DNA of 39,940 nt, from IMG/VR virus record IMGVR_UViG_3300024187_000006, positions 1-39,940 of that record; one strand, given 5' to 3'. Below, piece after piece: positions 1-9,005 of the stretch. A model generated the notes under the pieces. The model did not search any database, had not been told where the DNA came from, and was given only the letters and a program-made list of their open reading frames with translations. Position numbers and translations under genes: made by a program. Every line of letters begins with the position of its first letter. Position 1 is the first letter of the stretch. The stretch is from a virus (taxonomy: Duplodnaviria > Caudoviricetes).

Positions 1-127
1 CGATGCGGATTGCAGCAGGACGCAGGTACTGCTTCGAGAACGCCTCCAAGTCGAGGTACTTCTCGAACGAAGTGAACTGGAAGTCCACGCCGGTCTGCTG
101 GTTGATGGTCACTGGCGTAACCAGATT
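1..127. repeat. 127-bp terminal direct repeat (identical to 39814-39940); circular-contig overlap
   Basis: cgatgcggattgcagc...gtaaccagatt occurs at both ends and the coat ORF reads in frame across the join. Confidence 0.97.
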
Positions 128-337
128 GTTGAGAGCTTCCGGCTGGAACAGCGAACCAGAACGGCCAAGGTAACGCTGGGGCTTGCGCACGTTCAGCGTT
201 TGACCGATCTTTTCGCCGGGCCGTCCAAACTCATCGTCGTAGCCGTTGTACAGGTTTGGCCAGATCTTGAGCGTGTTAGAAAGGATCGCGAGTGTCTCCC
301 AGGTGATTTTCTGGGTTACTTCAAAATTGTTAGCCAT
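1..337 (-). CDS. P22-like major capsid protein, 5' part (continues at 39813 down to 38909; about 413 aa total)
   Basis: ATG at 337 with GGAG upstream; MANNFEVTQKITWETLAILSN...YDDEFGRPGEKIGQTLNVRKPQRY resembles P22 coat-family N-termini; 337+905=1242 nt, in frame. Confidence 0.93.
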   Translation of the reverse strand, partial: MANNFEVTQKITWETLAILSNTLKIWPNLYNGYDDEFGRPGEKIGQTLNVRKPQRYLGRSGSLFQPEALNNLVTPVTINQQTGVDFQFTSFEKYLDLEAFSKQYLRPAAIRI

Positions 338-383
338 TCGGCAATCTCCAAAAGAACGCGTTGGAGGCTGCCAGCTTTAGGGA

Positions 384-1415
384 TTAACCGTACTTCTTGG
401 CTCGATAGTCGGCGAATGACTTTGGCTCTTTCGAGTTGCCACCGCCGCCTTGACCCTGAGGAAGCCGCGTTCCCGCTGCTGGTGCAGCCGATCGTGGTTT
501 CTCTTGGGCAGGCTTTCGCTCGGCGCGCTTGGTTTCAAGCTTGCCGTATGCGAGCTCGTACTTGAGCCGGTAGAGTTCGTTCAATCGGTCGATGGGTCGA
601 GCCATCTTTTCGATTGCTTCGAGTTTGTCGGGTTCGGTCATCAGGTGATACAGCAAACCTGCGCCTTCCTCACCGCCGTACATCGTCACTGATGCGGTTT
701 CGGTCGACAACACCGGGCGTTTCTTGATCTCATCAAAAAGACCGTCGAAATCCTCGGCGCTGTTTTCCTTCGCCCACTTCTTAGCGGTTGACTCGAAATC
801 TTCAAGATCCTTGTTGACGGCCGCGCGTTGTGCTTCCTGAGCTGCAGTTTCCTGCTTGACTCGATCGGCCTTTCGCCATTCGGCGCGCGCTACCCAGGCA
901 GCATCTTTGCCCCGAAACTCTTCCATGTCGTCTTCGTACTTCGACTGGGCAGTTTCGTAATCGGCCCACGATGCCCACTGCTTCCCTGAGGCGTCAGTGT
1001 CTCGGCTGGGCTTCTTTGGACGTTCGGGCCGCGGGTCTTTTTCGTCGGTGCCATCGTAGGCGGCTGCAGCGGGGGCCGGTTTCTTTTCTTCAGGCGCTGC
1101 TTTTTTCGATGGATCGCGAAGTCCTGCGAGCCGTGCCTCTTCGGCGTCGGCTTCCCGTTTGGCTGCTTCTCGGCGCGCAACTGCCGCGTCGATTTCGCGT
1201 TGGATCTCTGATTTACGTTTCTCTACGTTATTGCCTTGCCCTGGTGCCGGTTCCGACCCGGCCGCTGGTTTTGAACCGTCTTCTGACGGCTCGGCGGATT
1301 TGTTAGACGGTGCGTTGCGCTCTTCAATCTCGACTTTCCCGAGTGGCGTCTCGGAACGGTGCTCCCGGAAGGAAGCGAAAGTAGCGGTCGGAGTTTCAAC
1401 AGTTCCGTCAGGCAT
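384..1415 (-). CDS. capsid scaffolding protein
   Basis: 343 aa, highly charged, helical/coiled-coil, located between portal and coat. Confidence 0.8.
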   Translation of the reverse strand: MPDGTVETPTATFASFREHRSETPLGKVEIEERNAPSNKSAEPSEDGSKPAAGSEPAPGQGNNVEKRKSEIQREIDAAVARREAAKREADAEEARLAGLRDPSKKAAPEEKKPAPAAAAYDGTDEKDPRPERPKKPSRDTDASGKQWASWADYETAQSKYEDDMEEFRGKDAAWVARAEWRKADRVKQETAAQEAQRAAVNKDLEDFESTAKKWAKENSAEDFDGLFDEIKKRPVLSTETASVTMYGGEEGAGLLYHLMTEPDKLEAIEKMARPIDRLNELYRLKYELAYGKLETKRAERKPAQEKPRSAAPAAGTRLPQGQGGGGNSKEPKSFADYRAKKYG

Positions 1416-1441
1416 GGTTGTTAGTGACCAAGAATGGAACT

Positions 1442-1470
1442 AAAGTACTATGCCGGCTAGATTCTGTCAA
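1442..1470 (-). promoter_or_regulatory. sigma70-type promoter for scaffold/coat
   Basis: TTGACA-17 nt-TACTTT, 26 nt upstream of scaffold ATG. Confidence 0.7.
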
Positions 1471-1643
1471 GCGCCTTTCTCGGAGCCCTGCCTTGCCTTA
1501 AACCACCGCTGCATGTTTTCGGCCTCTTGCGGAGTGAACTTAAGCACTCCCTGAGTGGCGCAGTTCGGACAGATCACGAGCTCGTCTTTCTCGGGTTCGC
1601 GGCCCAATGCAAGCCCGCAAACTGGACATGCCCAGATCGTCAT
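1467..1643 (-). CDS. small zinc-ribbon protein (58 aa; not in ORF track)
   Basis: MTIWACPVCGLALGREPEKDELVICPNCATQG...; ATGA overlap with the portal stop codon. Confidence 0.65.
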   Translation of the reverse strand: MTIWACPVCGLALGREPEKDELVICPNCATQGVLKFTPQEAENMQRWFKARQGSEKGA

Positions 1644-3814
1644 TCTGCGCCGCCCGCCGCCGCCGCGGGCTCAGGAACTGCGCTCGGATGCAGACCTTGC
1701 GAGCCTTGATCTGGCCCAGGTGCAAGCTCGGATTCGTGCAGCATCGTGATGATGTGCTCGATTGCGTCTGTCGCCTCTTTGAGATTCGTAGCGTACATTT
1801 CGCCGGCGTGATCCTTGGCATGCATCGCTTCGTCGGACCTGATCTTGGCGAGTGCGACCTCGGCATCCATCAGCGCCTTTTTGATCGCGGTCTGCTGTTT
1901 CTTGTCTTCGATCGCGATGCGAGCCTGAGCCTCAACCATCTTCGGCGCCGCCTGCATCTTAATTTCCATGGCCTGTTGCTGAACAACCTGCTTAAGCTGC
2001 TGCAGCTGGCCCTGCATAGCGATGAACTGCGCATTCGCTCCGGCCGGAAGCTGCTGGTTCGGGTCGTCTTGAATCAAGCCCGGCATCTTCATCGCGATCG
2101 CGCGTTTGATGCGGTCCGCCGCTTCATCGCTGCCGGCCGAGTCCTGCGCTCTCACCCATAAATCGCCGACAAGCCAGAACGCTTCTGGATTCGCGTGTAC
2201 TATGTTCCCGTAGAAGTTCGCCGATTCTTTGCGCGCTGTCGCAAAGCTCGGGCCGATGTCCACGATGGGCTCATAGTTGCCCTTCGTCAGATCGTGCTGA
2301 TACGTCTTTCCGGTTTCCTCATCGGTGTACGGGTCTGGCGTGTTGATCATGATCTTTTCCTTGGTCATGTCTGCATTCAAAATCGAAATCTCTTCCTCGA
2401 CGTCGTAGTAGAACGGTATCCACTCCACCAGCACTTTGCAGAAGGTTTTGAGTGTGCGCGCTAGATTGTCCTGGAAGTGAAATGTAGCGGTGTTGCCCTG
2501 TGTGATCAGTTGCCCGATCGCGCTGCCGCTCTGCTGTGCCGATTGCGCGCCGCTGAGGTTCGGGTCCTGCAGCCCGATGGCGTCTTTCATCTCCTGAGCT
2601 TTGATCGCCTTCGCCTGCGTGATCGCCTCAATTGGTGCGTCGATCTGCTGGCGCTGTGGCGGGCCTGGTGACGTCGGATCAGCGTTGTAGAGCAGCGCGA
2701 AGTGGCTCTTGCCGTCGTTCCACTGGTTGATGTGGCCTTCGGCCTGTTTCGGTGTTGACCAATACGGCGCGTTGGCTTGGACGCCCAGAATCTCGATAGA
2801 CTTCTTACCGAGCCAGTTGTACTCACACTGCATGTCGAGCGCCGGCCGCGTCAGCGAGAGCGTGTAGTGTTTTTTATTGACCCAGTAAGACTCGCCTTCG
2901 ACGTCGAAAATCGGAATTATTTTACCAGGGCGATACACCGGCGGTTCGAGCTCTTCGACTCCGTCGATGAAGTGACAGACGACTTGATGCTTGTGATTCC
3001 GCTCCTTCTGTCGCTTGCGGAATGCGTCGTTTCGATCCTTCGCGTACGTCTTTCCGTCGGGCCAGACTTTTGCATCGTCTTCGTAGTCGTCGCCCAGCGC
3101 TACCGCGTTTGGCTTGTCGATCTCTTCGACACACCAGTACTCCGCGATCATCACAGCTTCTTTGTCGCTGTTAGGGTCCATCCATCCGGCTGCTGCCGAC
3201 TCTTTGGCGTAGAAATCGGCAGCCAAAGCCTTCGCGTTCGGCCAGCGCTCTTTGTACTCGATTCGGCTAATCGCGCGAAGACGCAGCCGCCACTTGGCGT
3301 CCGACTTGTCGGGCTTCATCGCAAAAGGATCGGTTAAGATCTCCGCGGGGTCCCAGACTGGGTTGACTCGCGGAACCTGTTGCCCGGTTTCTTCGTTGAC
3401 GACTTCGGGGTCGAGAGAAAATACACCACGCGAAGACGCGACGGCGTACTTCGCCGCTTCGATGAATGCGAGGTCAGAATCTGAATCGTACAGGATTTCT
3501 CGTACCTTGCCTTCGATCACCTTCGCTGTGTTCTTTGATGCGCCGCTACCGCGTGGCGCCACAGACGGCTCGGGCTTGGCTTGGCGGATTTCATTGATGA
3601 CCTGATTGCGAAACGCTGTTAGGCGGTCAAGAACTGGTAGTGGTGTCGGCGGAGTCTCGCGCTCGGCCGCGTCGAGCAGCGATTGGTCCCACTGCTTCAG
3701 GACAGCGAATTCAAGGTCACGCTGGGCTGCTTCGCGGTTGTGATTGTCAGCCGCTTCAGCTTGCGCTTTGCGCTTCTGCGCTTGAGAGATGAGATCAGCC
3801 GGATCGTAAGCCAC
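1640..3814 (-). CDS. P22-like portal protein
   Basis: 724 aa; D..FA...QW N-terminus, GNYEPIVDIGPSFATARKE motif, Q-rich C-terminal helical barrel region; synteny. Confidence 0.92.
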   Translation of the reverse strand: MAYDPADLISQAQKRKAQAEAADNHNREAAQRDLEFAVLKQWDQSLLDAAERETPPTPLPVLDRLTAFRNQVINEIRQAKPEPSVAPRGSGASKNTAKVIEGKVREILYDSDSDLAFIEAAKYAVASSRGVFSLDPEVVNEETGQQVPRVNPVWDPAEILTDPFAMKPDKSDAKWRLRLRAISRIEYKERWPNAKALAADFYAKESAAAGWMDPNSDKEAVMIAEYWCVEEIDKPNAVALGDDYEDDAKVWPDGKTYAKDRNDAFRKRQKERNHKHQVVCHFIDGVEELEPPVYRPGKIIPIFDVEGESYWVNKKHYTLSLTRPALDMQCEYNWLGKKSIEILGVQANAPYWSTPKQAEGHINQWNDGKSHFALLYNADPTSPGPPQRQQIDAPIEAITQAKAIKAQEMKDAIGLQDPNLSGAQSAQQSGSAIGQLITQGNTATFHFQDNLARTLKTFCKVLVEWIPFYYDVEEEISILNADMTKEKIMINTPDPYTDEETGKTYQHDLTKGNYEPIVDIGPSFATARKESANFYGNIVHANPEAFWLVGDLWVRAQDSAGSDEAADRIKRAIAMKMPGLIQDDPNQQLPAGANAQFIAMQGQLQQLKQVVQQQAMEIKMQAAPKMVEAQARIAIEDKKQQTAIKKALMDAEVALAKIRSDEAMHAKDHAGEMYATNLKEATDAIEHIITMLHESELAPGPDQGSQGLHPSAVPEPAAAAGGAE

Positions 3815-3833
3815 TTAGGCGGGATTGTATCAC
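3815..3833 (-). promoter_or_regulatory. repeated extended -10 element (GTGATACAATCCCGC), copy 1
   Basis: 18/19 identical to 4818-4836; TG-A-TACAAT 9 nt before portal GTG. Confidence 0.65.
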
Positions 3834-4054
3834 GTCGCGCGTTGACCGTTGATGGCGTTGATGACGGCCACCAAGTTAAGATCGTCGACCACCTGCGAAT
3901 AAACCTCGCGCTGAACGCTTACAGTATGGTCGGGCTTGGTCACGTAACCGTACTCGCCCTTCCCGTCCTTGCCGCCGGTGTCTGAGATGATCTGGTACTC
4001 CATATTGCCCGAGCGCACCTCTGACACGGTTTTCTCGATCGTGATTTTGTACAT
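3830..4054 (-). CDS. hypothetical protein
   Basis: 74 aa ORF tightly packed in the operon. Confidence 0.7.
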   Translation of the reverse strand: MYKITIEKTVSEVRSGNMEYQIISDTGGKDGKGEYGYVTKPDHTVSVQREVYSQVVDDLNLVAVINAINGQRAT

Positions 4055-4055
4055 G

Positions 4056-4232
4056 CTATTTGTGCAGCCGCTTCAGAGTCTCAGCGAGCCGTGCCCGCTG
4101 TCCCAACTTGCCGCCGGCTTGCGCTGCCTTCGCAAGCTTGCCTGCCGGGATCTTCTTTCCCTGAGGAACACCGAGCTGCTTGTGCAGCGCGCCCGGTTTC
4201 TTGATTGCTCCCGCGATCCAGTTTTTAGCCAT
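4056..4232 (-). CDS. small basic phage protein (58 aa; not in ORF track)
   Basis: MAKNWIAGAIKKPGALHKQLGVPQGKKIPAGKLAKAAQAGGKLGQRARLAETLKRLHK; GAGGAG upstream; I recall this motif from environmental podophages. Confidence 0.8.
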   Translation of the reverse strand: MAKNWIAGAIKKPGALHKQLGVPQGKKIPAGKLAKAAQAGGKLGQRARLAETLKRLHK

Positions 4233-4419
4233 AATTTCGTATCAGCTCCTCGGCCGGCATGACATAGATTTTCAGAAACTCCTCAAACGGTCTGTCGTCT
4301 GCTCTGACCTCTACGTGCACTTTCGTTTCGTGACCGTCAATCGATACATCCATCGGCCACTTTCCATCAACCGGCTTCGACGACAGGAACGTAATGCGAG
4401 TCCTCAGATCGCCGGGCAT
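4225..4419 (-). CDS. hypothetical protein
   Basis: 64 aa, GGAG upstream, abuts neighbours. Confidence 0.65.
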   Translation of the reverse strand: MPGDLRTRITFLSSKPVDGKWPMDVSIDGHETKVHVEVRADDRPFEEFLKIYVMPAEELIRNYG

Positions 4420-4590
4420 CTACTTTCTCCGCTTCGGCGGAACCGCCATTGCCTTCGAGCGAGACTCCAGGCTCTCAGCTTTCGCGCGCTTCAATACCGG
4501 CATCATGGCTTTCTTTACGAGCGGATGCACGCCTCCGGTGGTCACGTTCGGGCCGAATAGCGCCGTCGACTTTGATTTACCTGGGATCAA
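4420..4590 (-). CDS. small basic hypothetical protein (56 aa; not in ORF track)
   Basis: TTG start overlapping upstream TGA, AAGGA upstream; MIPGKSKSTALFGPNVTTGG...PPKRRK; fills the gap exactly. Confidence 0.5.
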   Translation of the reverse strand: MIPGKSKSTALFGPNVTTGGVHPLVKKAMMPVLKRAKAESLESRSKAMAVPPKRRK

Positions 4591-4805
4591 TCGTTATCCT
4601 TGCCAGCCTTGCGCCCGCCGGTCATCACACCCTTACCGCTGTCGGTGCACATCCCGGTCGCACGGTCGGCCATCTCGCCGGTGTGCTCGCCGTGAATCGA
4701 TGCGCCCTTGCTGCCTGTGATCGGCACGCCGCCATCCTCGCGGATGTGCTTCGCGTGCATCCCCTCGTCGCGCTTCCGGCTTTCCATGTGGCCTTTGGTA
4801 TTCAT
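4587..4805 (-). CDS. small Gly/His/Met-rich protein
   Basis: 72 aa, strong AAGGAG RBS. Confidence 0.7.
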   Translation of the reverse strand: MNTKGHMESRKRDEGMHAKHIREDGGVPITGSKGASIHGEHTGEMADRATGMCTDSGKGVMTGGRKAGKDND

Positions 4806-4817
4806 GTCTGAATCTCC

Positions 4818-4836
4818 TTACGCGGGATTGTATCAC
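4818..4836 (-). promoter_or_regulatory. repeated extended -10 element (GTGATACAATCCCGC), copy 2
   Basis: near-identical to 3815-3833. Confidence 0.65.
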
Positions 4837-5288
4837 TCTTTCGGGTAACGCTGGCTCTTGTGACGTACATAACCTTCTGGGTCGAGTCGCTGCTGGCTCT
4901 TACTACGCCCCTGTTGGGGCATCGAAGGATTCTGTGGTCCCTCTGGCTGTACAAATGGCTTGCCGTCGAATGTAGTGATTTCTCCAGTTAGTCGATTTTG
5001 GAGAAACTGCGGTAAGGGCGGGCCGGCGCGCATGATTTGCTCGTAAGCCTTGCGCCGATCTTCAGTGTTAAATGCTTCCGCTCCAATGCGTGCCGAGCGC
5101 TGAAGCTGAGTTACAACTTTGACGGCGTTGTTTTTCGCTTCGCGCGTTTCATCGTGATCCGATGGCACAACTTTTGCAGCCTCTGTTCCTTCAACAGGCG
5201 ATGGGTTCTCGTGCCGAGCGATCGCTAGGTGTGCTGATGCGATTCCTAATTTGATTGCCCTGCTAAGTCTGCTCATCGTGCCATCCAT
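4833..5288 (-). CDS. hypothetical protein
   Basis: 151 aa ORF downstream of terL; start may be the second Met (5276, ATGA overlap). Confidence 0.65.
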   Translation of the reverse strand: MDGTMSRLSRAIKLGIASAHLAIARHENPSPVEGTEAAKVVPSDHDETREAKNNAVKVVTQLQRSARIGAEAFNTEDRRKAYEQIMRAGPPLPQFLQNRLTGEITTFDGKPFVQPEGPQNPSMPQQGRSKSQQRLDPEGYVRHKSQRYPKE

Positions 5289-6739
5289 CCTCCAGGGCCT
5301 TTATGTCTCGGCTGACCTGTCCATGTGCTCACAGGTGCAGGTTCCACAATCATTCTCTCACGTCCGGAGACGACAAGATACCGCGTCGCGTCCATGAGGT
5401 GGTCGTCCCGCTTGAGCGGTTTGTTTGGGTACTGCTCGGTGCGCTGATACTTTCGAAATTCAGCGAACCAGTTTGTACAACTTTTAAACACCCGGAGCCG
5501 TCCCACCGCCATGAGTTCGAAGACCGCCAGTATGCCCATCTCCACATTGTTCTCGGCATGACTGAGGTCAAGGCCCAAAGCATCAAACGGCTGCAGCTGA
5601 TGATAAGCTGACGCAGGGTCCACAACGCCAGGAATCCAAGCGCCGCGAGCACGAATAGCCGCGGAGTGATTTCTAGGCGCATTGTGCGGTCCACCTTGCT
5701 CGTAATACTCGTCATAAAGAACCACCGTCAACGTGCTCGGGTCTTGCGCTCCCCAGATACACGCTGTCCTTTCCCATCCAACATCGAGCCCGTAGGCCCG
5801 CGGCCAAAACTTTGGAATCTCAAACGGATCGACTGCTATCTGCTCTTCAGGAAACGGATAGATGGCGCCCTTTCCAAGGCTGGGCTCGCCTTCCGTTCGA
5901 GCTTTGATCTGATACGCCGGCGTGTTCCTGATCAGCGTTTTCTTTTCGGCTTCGTCCAAGTGCGGAACGTGGTTCCAGCCGGCTTGCACCACGCACTTGG
6001 ATTTTTCGAGACGTTCCTCATCGGTCAATTCATAGAAGCTGTTGACGACTGCCGAGCGTCCGAGTAGCGGCGTGAATGTCGTGAACGCGCTGCCCTTGGT
6101 GGTCAGCAAGCGATAGAGGATTTCAATGTACACATCCTCCGGTGGCTCTTCATCGCACCAAATGAAATGCTTCGCCGTCCCTTCGAACGATCGCCGCCCC
6201 TGCTCGTAGCCCTTGAATCCGAGCTTCGAATTTCCGCCGGATACGTGCTGAACCCAGACGGTATCGATCGCACCTGCCGGGCCGCCGCGGCTGGCTGTCT
6301 TGTGCACGATCTTTTCGACTGGGATCATGCCGCCGGTTTCGCCCGAGCCGAGCAGAATTCCTTGAACGATTTCGAAGGTCGTCTTCCCGTCGTGACCGCA
6401 TGCCCACGAAGCTGTTGGATGGTCGAATCGCTTGCCTTCCCACCACGCCGGATAGAGCCCGGTCATGTGACAGGTGGTTTCGTACGCGCCCGCGACGGTC
6501 TTACCGACGCGGTTCGCGGCCATGAATAGCCGCTCTTTGAAAGTGGCTCCGGCCGCGAAGAATTCGAGGTGCTTGGGGTAGAGTTCTCGCCGATGAGGCC
6601 CAGCATCAGGGAATAGAGTGTGGAATTGCTGAGCTCGCTTAGCCTTCCCCGCTTCCAGGGCTGCTATCGCCCGTTCCGGGTCCTTCCCGATCGACGCGAA
6701 TAGTTCGGGCAAATTTGAGGGCAAGTTCGAGCTGCTCAT
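5273..6739 (-). CDS. terL: terminase large subunit (P22 gp2-like)
   Basis: Walker A MAANRVGKT, Walker B FIWCDEEP, TFTP coupling motif, nuclease GLDVGW and DDHLMDATRY. Confidence 0.97.
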   Translation of the reverse strand: MSSSNLPSNLPELFASIGKDPERAIAALEAGKAKRAQQFHTLFPDAGPHRRELYPKHLEFFAAGATFKERLFMAANRVGKTVAGAYETTCHMTGLYPAWWEGKRFDHPTASWACGHDGKTTFEIVQGILLGSGETGGMIPVEKIVHKTASRGGPAGAIDTVWVQHVSGGNSKLGFKGYEQGRRSFEGTAKHFIWCDEEPPEDVYIEILYRLLTTKGSAFTTFTPLLGRSAVVNSFYELTDEERLEKSKCVVQAGWNHVPHLDEAEKKTLIRNTPAYQIKARTEGEPSLGKGAIYPFPEEQIAVDPFEIPKFWPRAYGLDVGWERTACIWGAQDPSTLTVVLYDEYYEQGGPHNAPRNHSAAIRARGAWIPGVVDPASAYHQLQPFDALGLDLSHAENNVEMGILAVFELMAVGRLRVFKSCTNWFAEFRKYQRTEQYPNKPLKRDDHLMDATRYLVVSGRERMIVEPAPVSTWTGQPRHKGPGGWMAR

Positions 6740-7079
6740 CGGTTAAGTTGTCAACGTCAAATTTAACATGTACAGGTGCATCGGGGTCGCCACCGATGTA
6801 GATCTTGGTCGCGCTCAGCAGTTCGTTGCGGTCAAGAACGTCCTCGGCCGCCCGCTGAGCTACAGACGGGTTTTTCTTCCGGTCCTTCAGATTTCCAAGA
6901 ATGACACCGATTGCAGGATCAATAAGCATCGCCAGCCGAAGCGCCGCCGCCTTGCGAACCTGCGGAGCGTTCCCTCCATGCATCTTACAGACTGATGCGC
7001 CGCGAATTGCCGGCTGTCGGCATGGTTTTCCTTGCCGCGTGGTCGCCGAACAATATCGCTGCTCTCCTGTAAGTGGCAT
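6639..7079 (-). CDS. terS: terminase small subunit (HGGxSTG-like Zn domain)
   Basis: C..TTRQGKPCRQPA..G..VCKMHGG motif, immediately upstream of terL. Confidence 0.8.
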   Translation of the reverse strand: MPLTGEQRYCSATTRQGKPCRQPAIRGASVCKMHGGNAPQVRKAAALRLAMLIDPAIGVILGNLKDRKKNPSVAQRAAEDVLDRNELLSATKIYIGGDPDAPVHVKFDVDNLTDEQLELALKFARTIRVDREGPGTGDSSPGSGEG

Positions 7080-7109
7080 GGGGTCACCGAGCGGTATGGG
7101 GTCCAGGAT

Positions 7110-7319
7110 TCATAGCTTGATGCCGCGCCGCTTGCCTTCCAAGGTTACTACGCCGTCTTTCACGAGCACCACCGCCGGCGGAACGGGCTCGACGTCGTTC
7201 GCTGGGTTCGCTTGCGCGATCTGGAGCGGAGTCATCATAGCCATTTCTCCGATGTGCTTGTAAAAACGGTTCTTAGTCGATACCGTCTCGATCCTTCGGG
7301 TCTTTATCAGCCTGTTCAT
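7110..7319 (-). CDS. hypothetical protein
   Basis: start revised to 7319 (ATGA overlap with upstream stop, GGA-rich upstream). Confidence 0.5.
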   Translation of the reverse strand: MNRLIKTRRIETVSTKNRFYKHIGEMAMMTPLQIAQANPANDVEPVPPAVVLVKDGVVTLEGKRRGIKL

Positions 7320-7522
7320 GGTTCCATCCTTCCCACCTCTCGGAGGTATTCCGCTCGCCGCTGCTGTTGCGCAATCTTCCTGGTTTCTGAAATCGGTTGC
7401 CATGCTTTGCGGTCTTGGTGGCTGTGCAGCAGTCCGCCGAGCCTGCCCATTGTCTGAGGCTTCACGACTTCGCTCCTTCGCAACAGGCTTATCGCTGCTT
7501 CTATTTTTCGGTTTCTGTTCAT
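7316..7522 (-). CDS. small basic hypothetical protein
   Basis: 68 aa, GGAG RBS, ATGA coupling, GRLGG motif. Confidence 0.6.
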   Translation of the reverse strand: MNRNRKIEAAISLLRRSEVVKPQTMGRLGGLLHSHQDRKAWQPISETRKIAQQQRRAEYLREVGRMEP

Positions 7523-7782
7523 GATTTTGCTCCGATCTTCAAAAGTTTGTCGCGCTTCGCGTTTTCCTGTGGAAGTAAGCCGGCCAGACCTCGGACCATC
7601 GCGTCAGCGTCGGCCGCCCGCAGTTTCTTTCCTGCCGGGCATCCGCAGTAGTTGTACTCTCGCGCGTGCGGATGTGGCGGAAGCTCTCCGCCTTCGATGC
7701 CGGTGTCCGAGCAGCACATGCACGCCGGCCAGTTTGGATTGATGTCCGGTATCTTGTGGCCGCCGTTTGAGTCTCGCTGCAT
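7519..7782 (-). CDS. small Cys-rich (Zn-binding) protein
   Basis: CMCCSDTG...YCGCPAG, similar in pattern to N-terminal Zn regions of DnaC-like loaders but with no ATPase domain. Confidence 0.6.
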   Translation of the reverse strand: MQRDSNGGHKIPDINPNWPACMCCSDTGIEGGELPPHPHAREYNYCGCPAGKKLRAADADAMVRGLAGLLPQENAKRDKLLKIGAKS

Positions 7783-8591
7783 TACGATGCCTTTGGAGCT
7801 TCGGAGTGCTTGGCGAGGGCGGCATCAGCAGCCTTCAGCGCGTCATCCAGATCGCAGTACAAGCAATCTGGGTCCTTGAATCGATACCCAAGATTCTTCT
7901 CGCGCGTTGTGTAGGATTCGTGGCATGAGCACTCCCAAGGCAATTGGCTCCGCAATCCAAGCAGCGCCTTCACCAGTTCCGCCACATCTCGGAGCGCCTT
8001 ATCGTACTCTTTCCGCGTCGGTCGTTTGCTGTAGGCTTCCAGCACTTCAGCTACTCGCCCGTCAGCATCTGCACGCGCCGCATCGCGCTCGGCTACCAAT
8101 CGCAAGCTGTTGTCCCGCTCCGCCATGTAAGACCGTTCGGCGTTGTCGCAACACATGCGCAGAGCGTCGGTATCTGCACGCGCTCGGCATAATGGGCACA
8201 TCTCGCTGCTGTTGTCGCTGTGGCCGATTTCAGGATGCCCATCCCGGCACATGTGCGGGTAAGTGAAACCCGAACGCGCTAGGGATCGTTCTGACTGAAT
8301 CAAGTCGACGATTGCGAACGCTGCGTTCATTGGCGCGTGGCTGCTGATTATTTTGGCTATTCCATAAGCTGAAAGCTGTTCGCTAATTCTGTTACCGGGT
8401 GGCAAACACCCATTGGGGCATGGCCAATTCCTCGCGAAACGATGATGATAGCCGCTTCCAAAACACGTTTGGCAAATCTCCATCGCTGTCTTTTCTCTGC
8501 AACGCCCCATCGCTTCGCAATTTATGAAGTGTGGACAATCCCCAACGCGTTCATGGTCATCACATTCTGGTCGTCGTCTGATTTCGCTCAT
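7782..8591 (-). CDS. Cys/His-rich mosaic hypothetical protein
   Basis: 269 aa; several CxxC/CxC clusters separated by coiled-coil segments. Confidence 0.7.
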   Translation of the reverse strand: MSEIRRRPECDDHERVGDCPHFINCEAMGRCREKTAMEICQTCFGSGYHHRFARNWPCPNGCLPPGNRISEQLSAYGIAKIISSHAPMNAAFAIVDLIQSERSLARSGFTYPHMCRDGHPEIGHSDNSSEMCPLCRARADTDALRMCCDNAERSYMAERDNSLRLVAERDAARADADGRVAEVLEAYSKRPTRKEYDKALRDVAELVKALLGLRSQLPWECSCHESYTTREKNLGYRFKDPDCLYCDLDDALKAADAALAKHSEAPKAS

Positions 8592-8974
8592 TCTGATTCT
8601 GCCCCTTTCGGAGGATCTCCTGCTACTTCTTTCGCGCTTCCTTCAGCGCGTTCTGTTGCCGTCGATTGGAGCGTGCGCGCTTCGACAACTCCCTCAAGCA
8701 CTCGGTAGACCGCCAGCGACAGCGCTTCCCGCAGTTTGTCCGTGGCAGGAGTGACTCCGCAATTGGTGAACGCCTCTACGGCAACGCGATTCGCGCCCAG
8801 CCAGATTACGCCGAACTTCTCCGCTCCAACTTGGTGAATCTCCGTTAAATCCATTCCACTGTGAGCCCCATTCATCCATGCCGGGTGTGCATCCGATAAC
8901 GGACTGATCTTTCTGCGCGGTTCTTTCCTGCTCCCCCGCATTCTGGCTTCCTTTTTTGCCCAGTAGTTGCTCAT
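8588..8974 (-). CDS. hypothetical protein
   Basis: 128 aa, GAGG upstream, ATGA coupling to next gene. Confidence 0.65.
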   Translation of the reverse strand: MSNYWAKKEARMRGSRKEPRRKISPLSDAHPAWMNGAHSGMDLTEIHQVGAEKFGVIWLGANRVAVEAFTNCGVTPATDKLREALSLAVYRVLEGVVEARTLQSTATERAEGSAKEVAGDPPKGAESE

Positions 8975-9005
8975 GCCTCAGGCTTTCTCTTCCGTGGTAG
9001 TTGAT

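Noticed and set aside
1-127. Terminal repeat as a biological DTR
   Set aside because: 127 bp equals a common assembler k-mer and it falls mid coat gene; a P22-like terminase implies headful packaging, so it is best read as circular overlap
5314-5327. Operator-like CACATG-GA-CAGGTC in terL 3' end
   Set aside because: Two mismatches, in coding sequence, no convincing promoter around it
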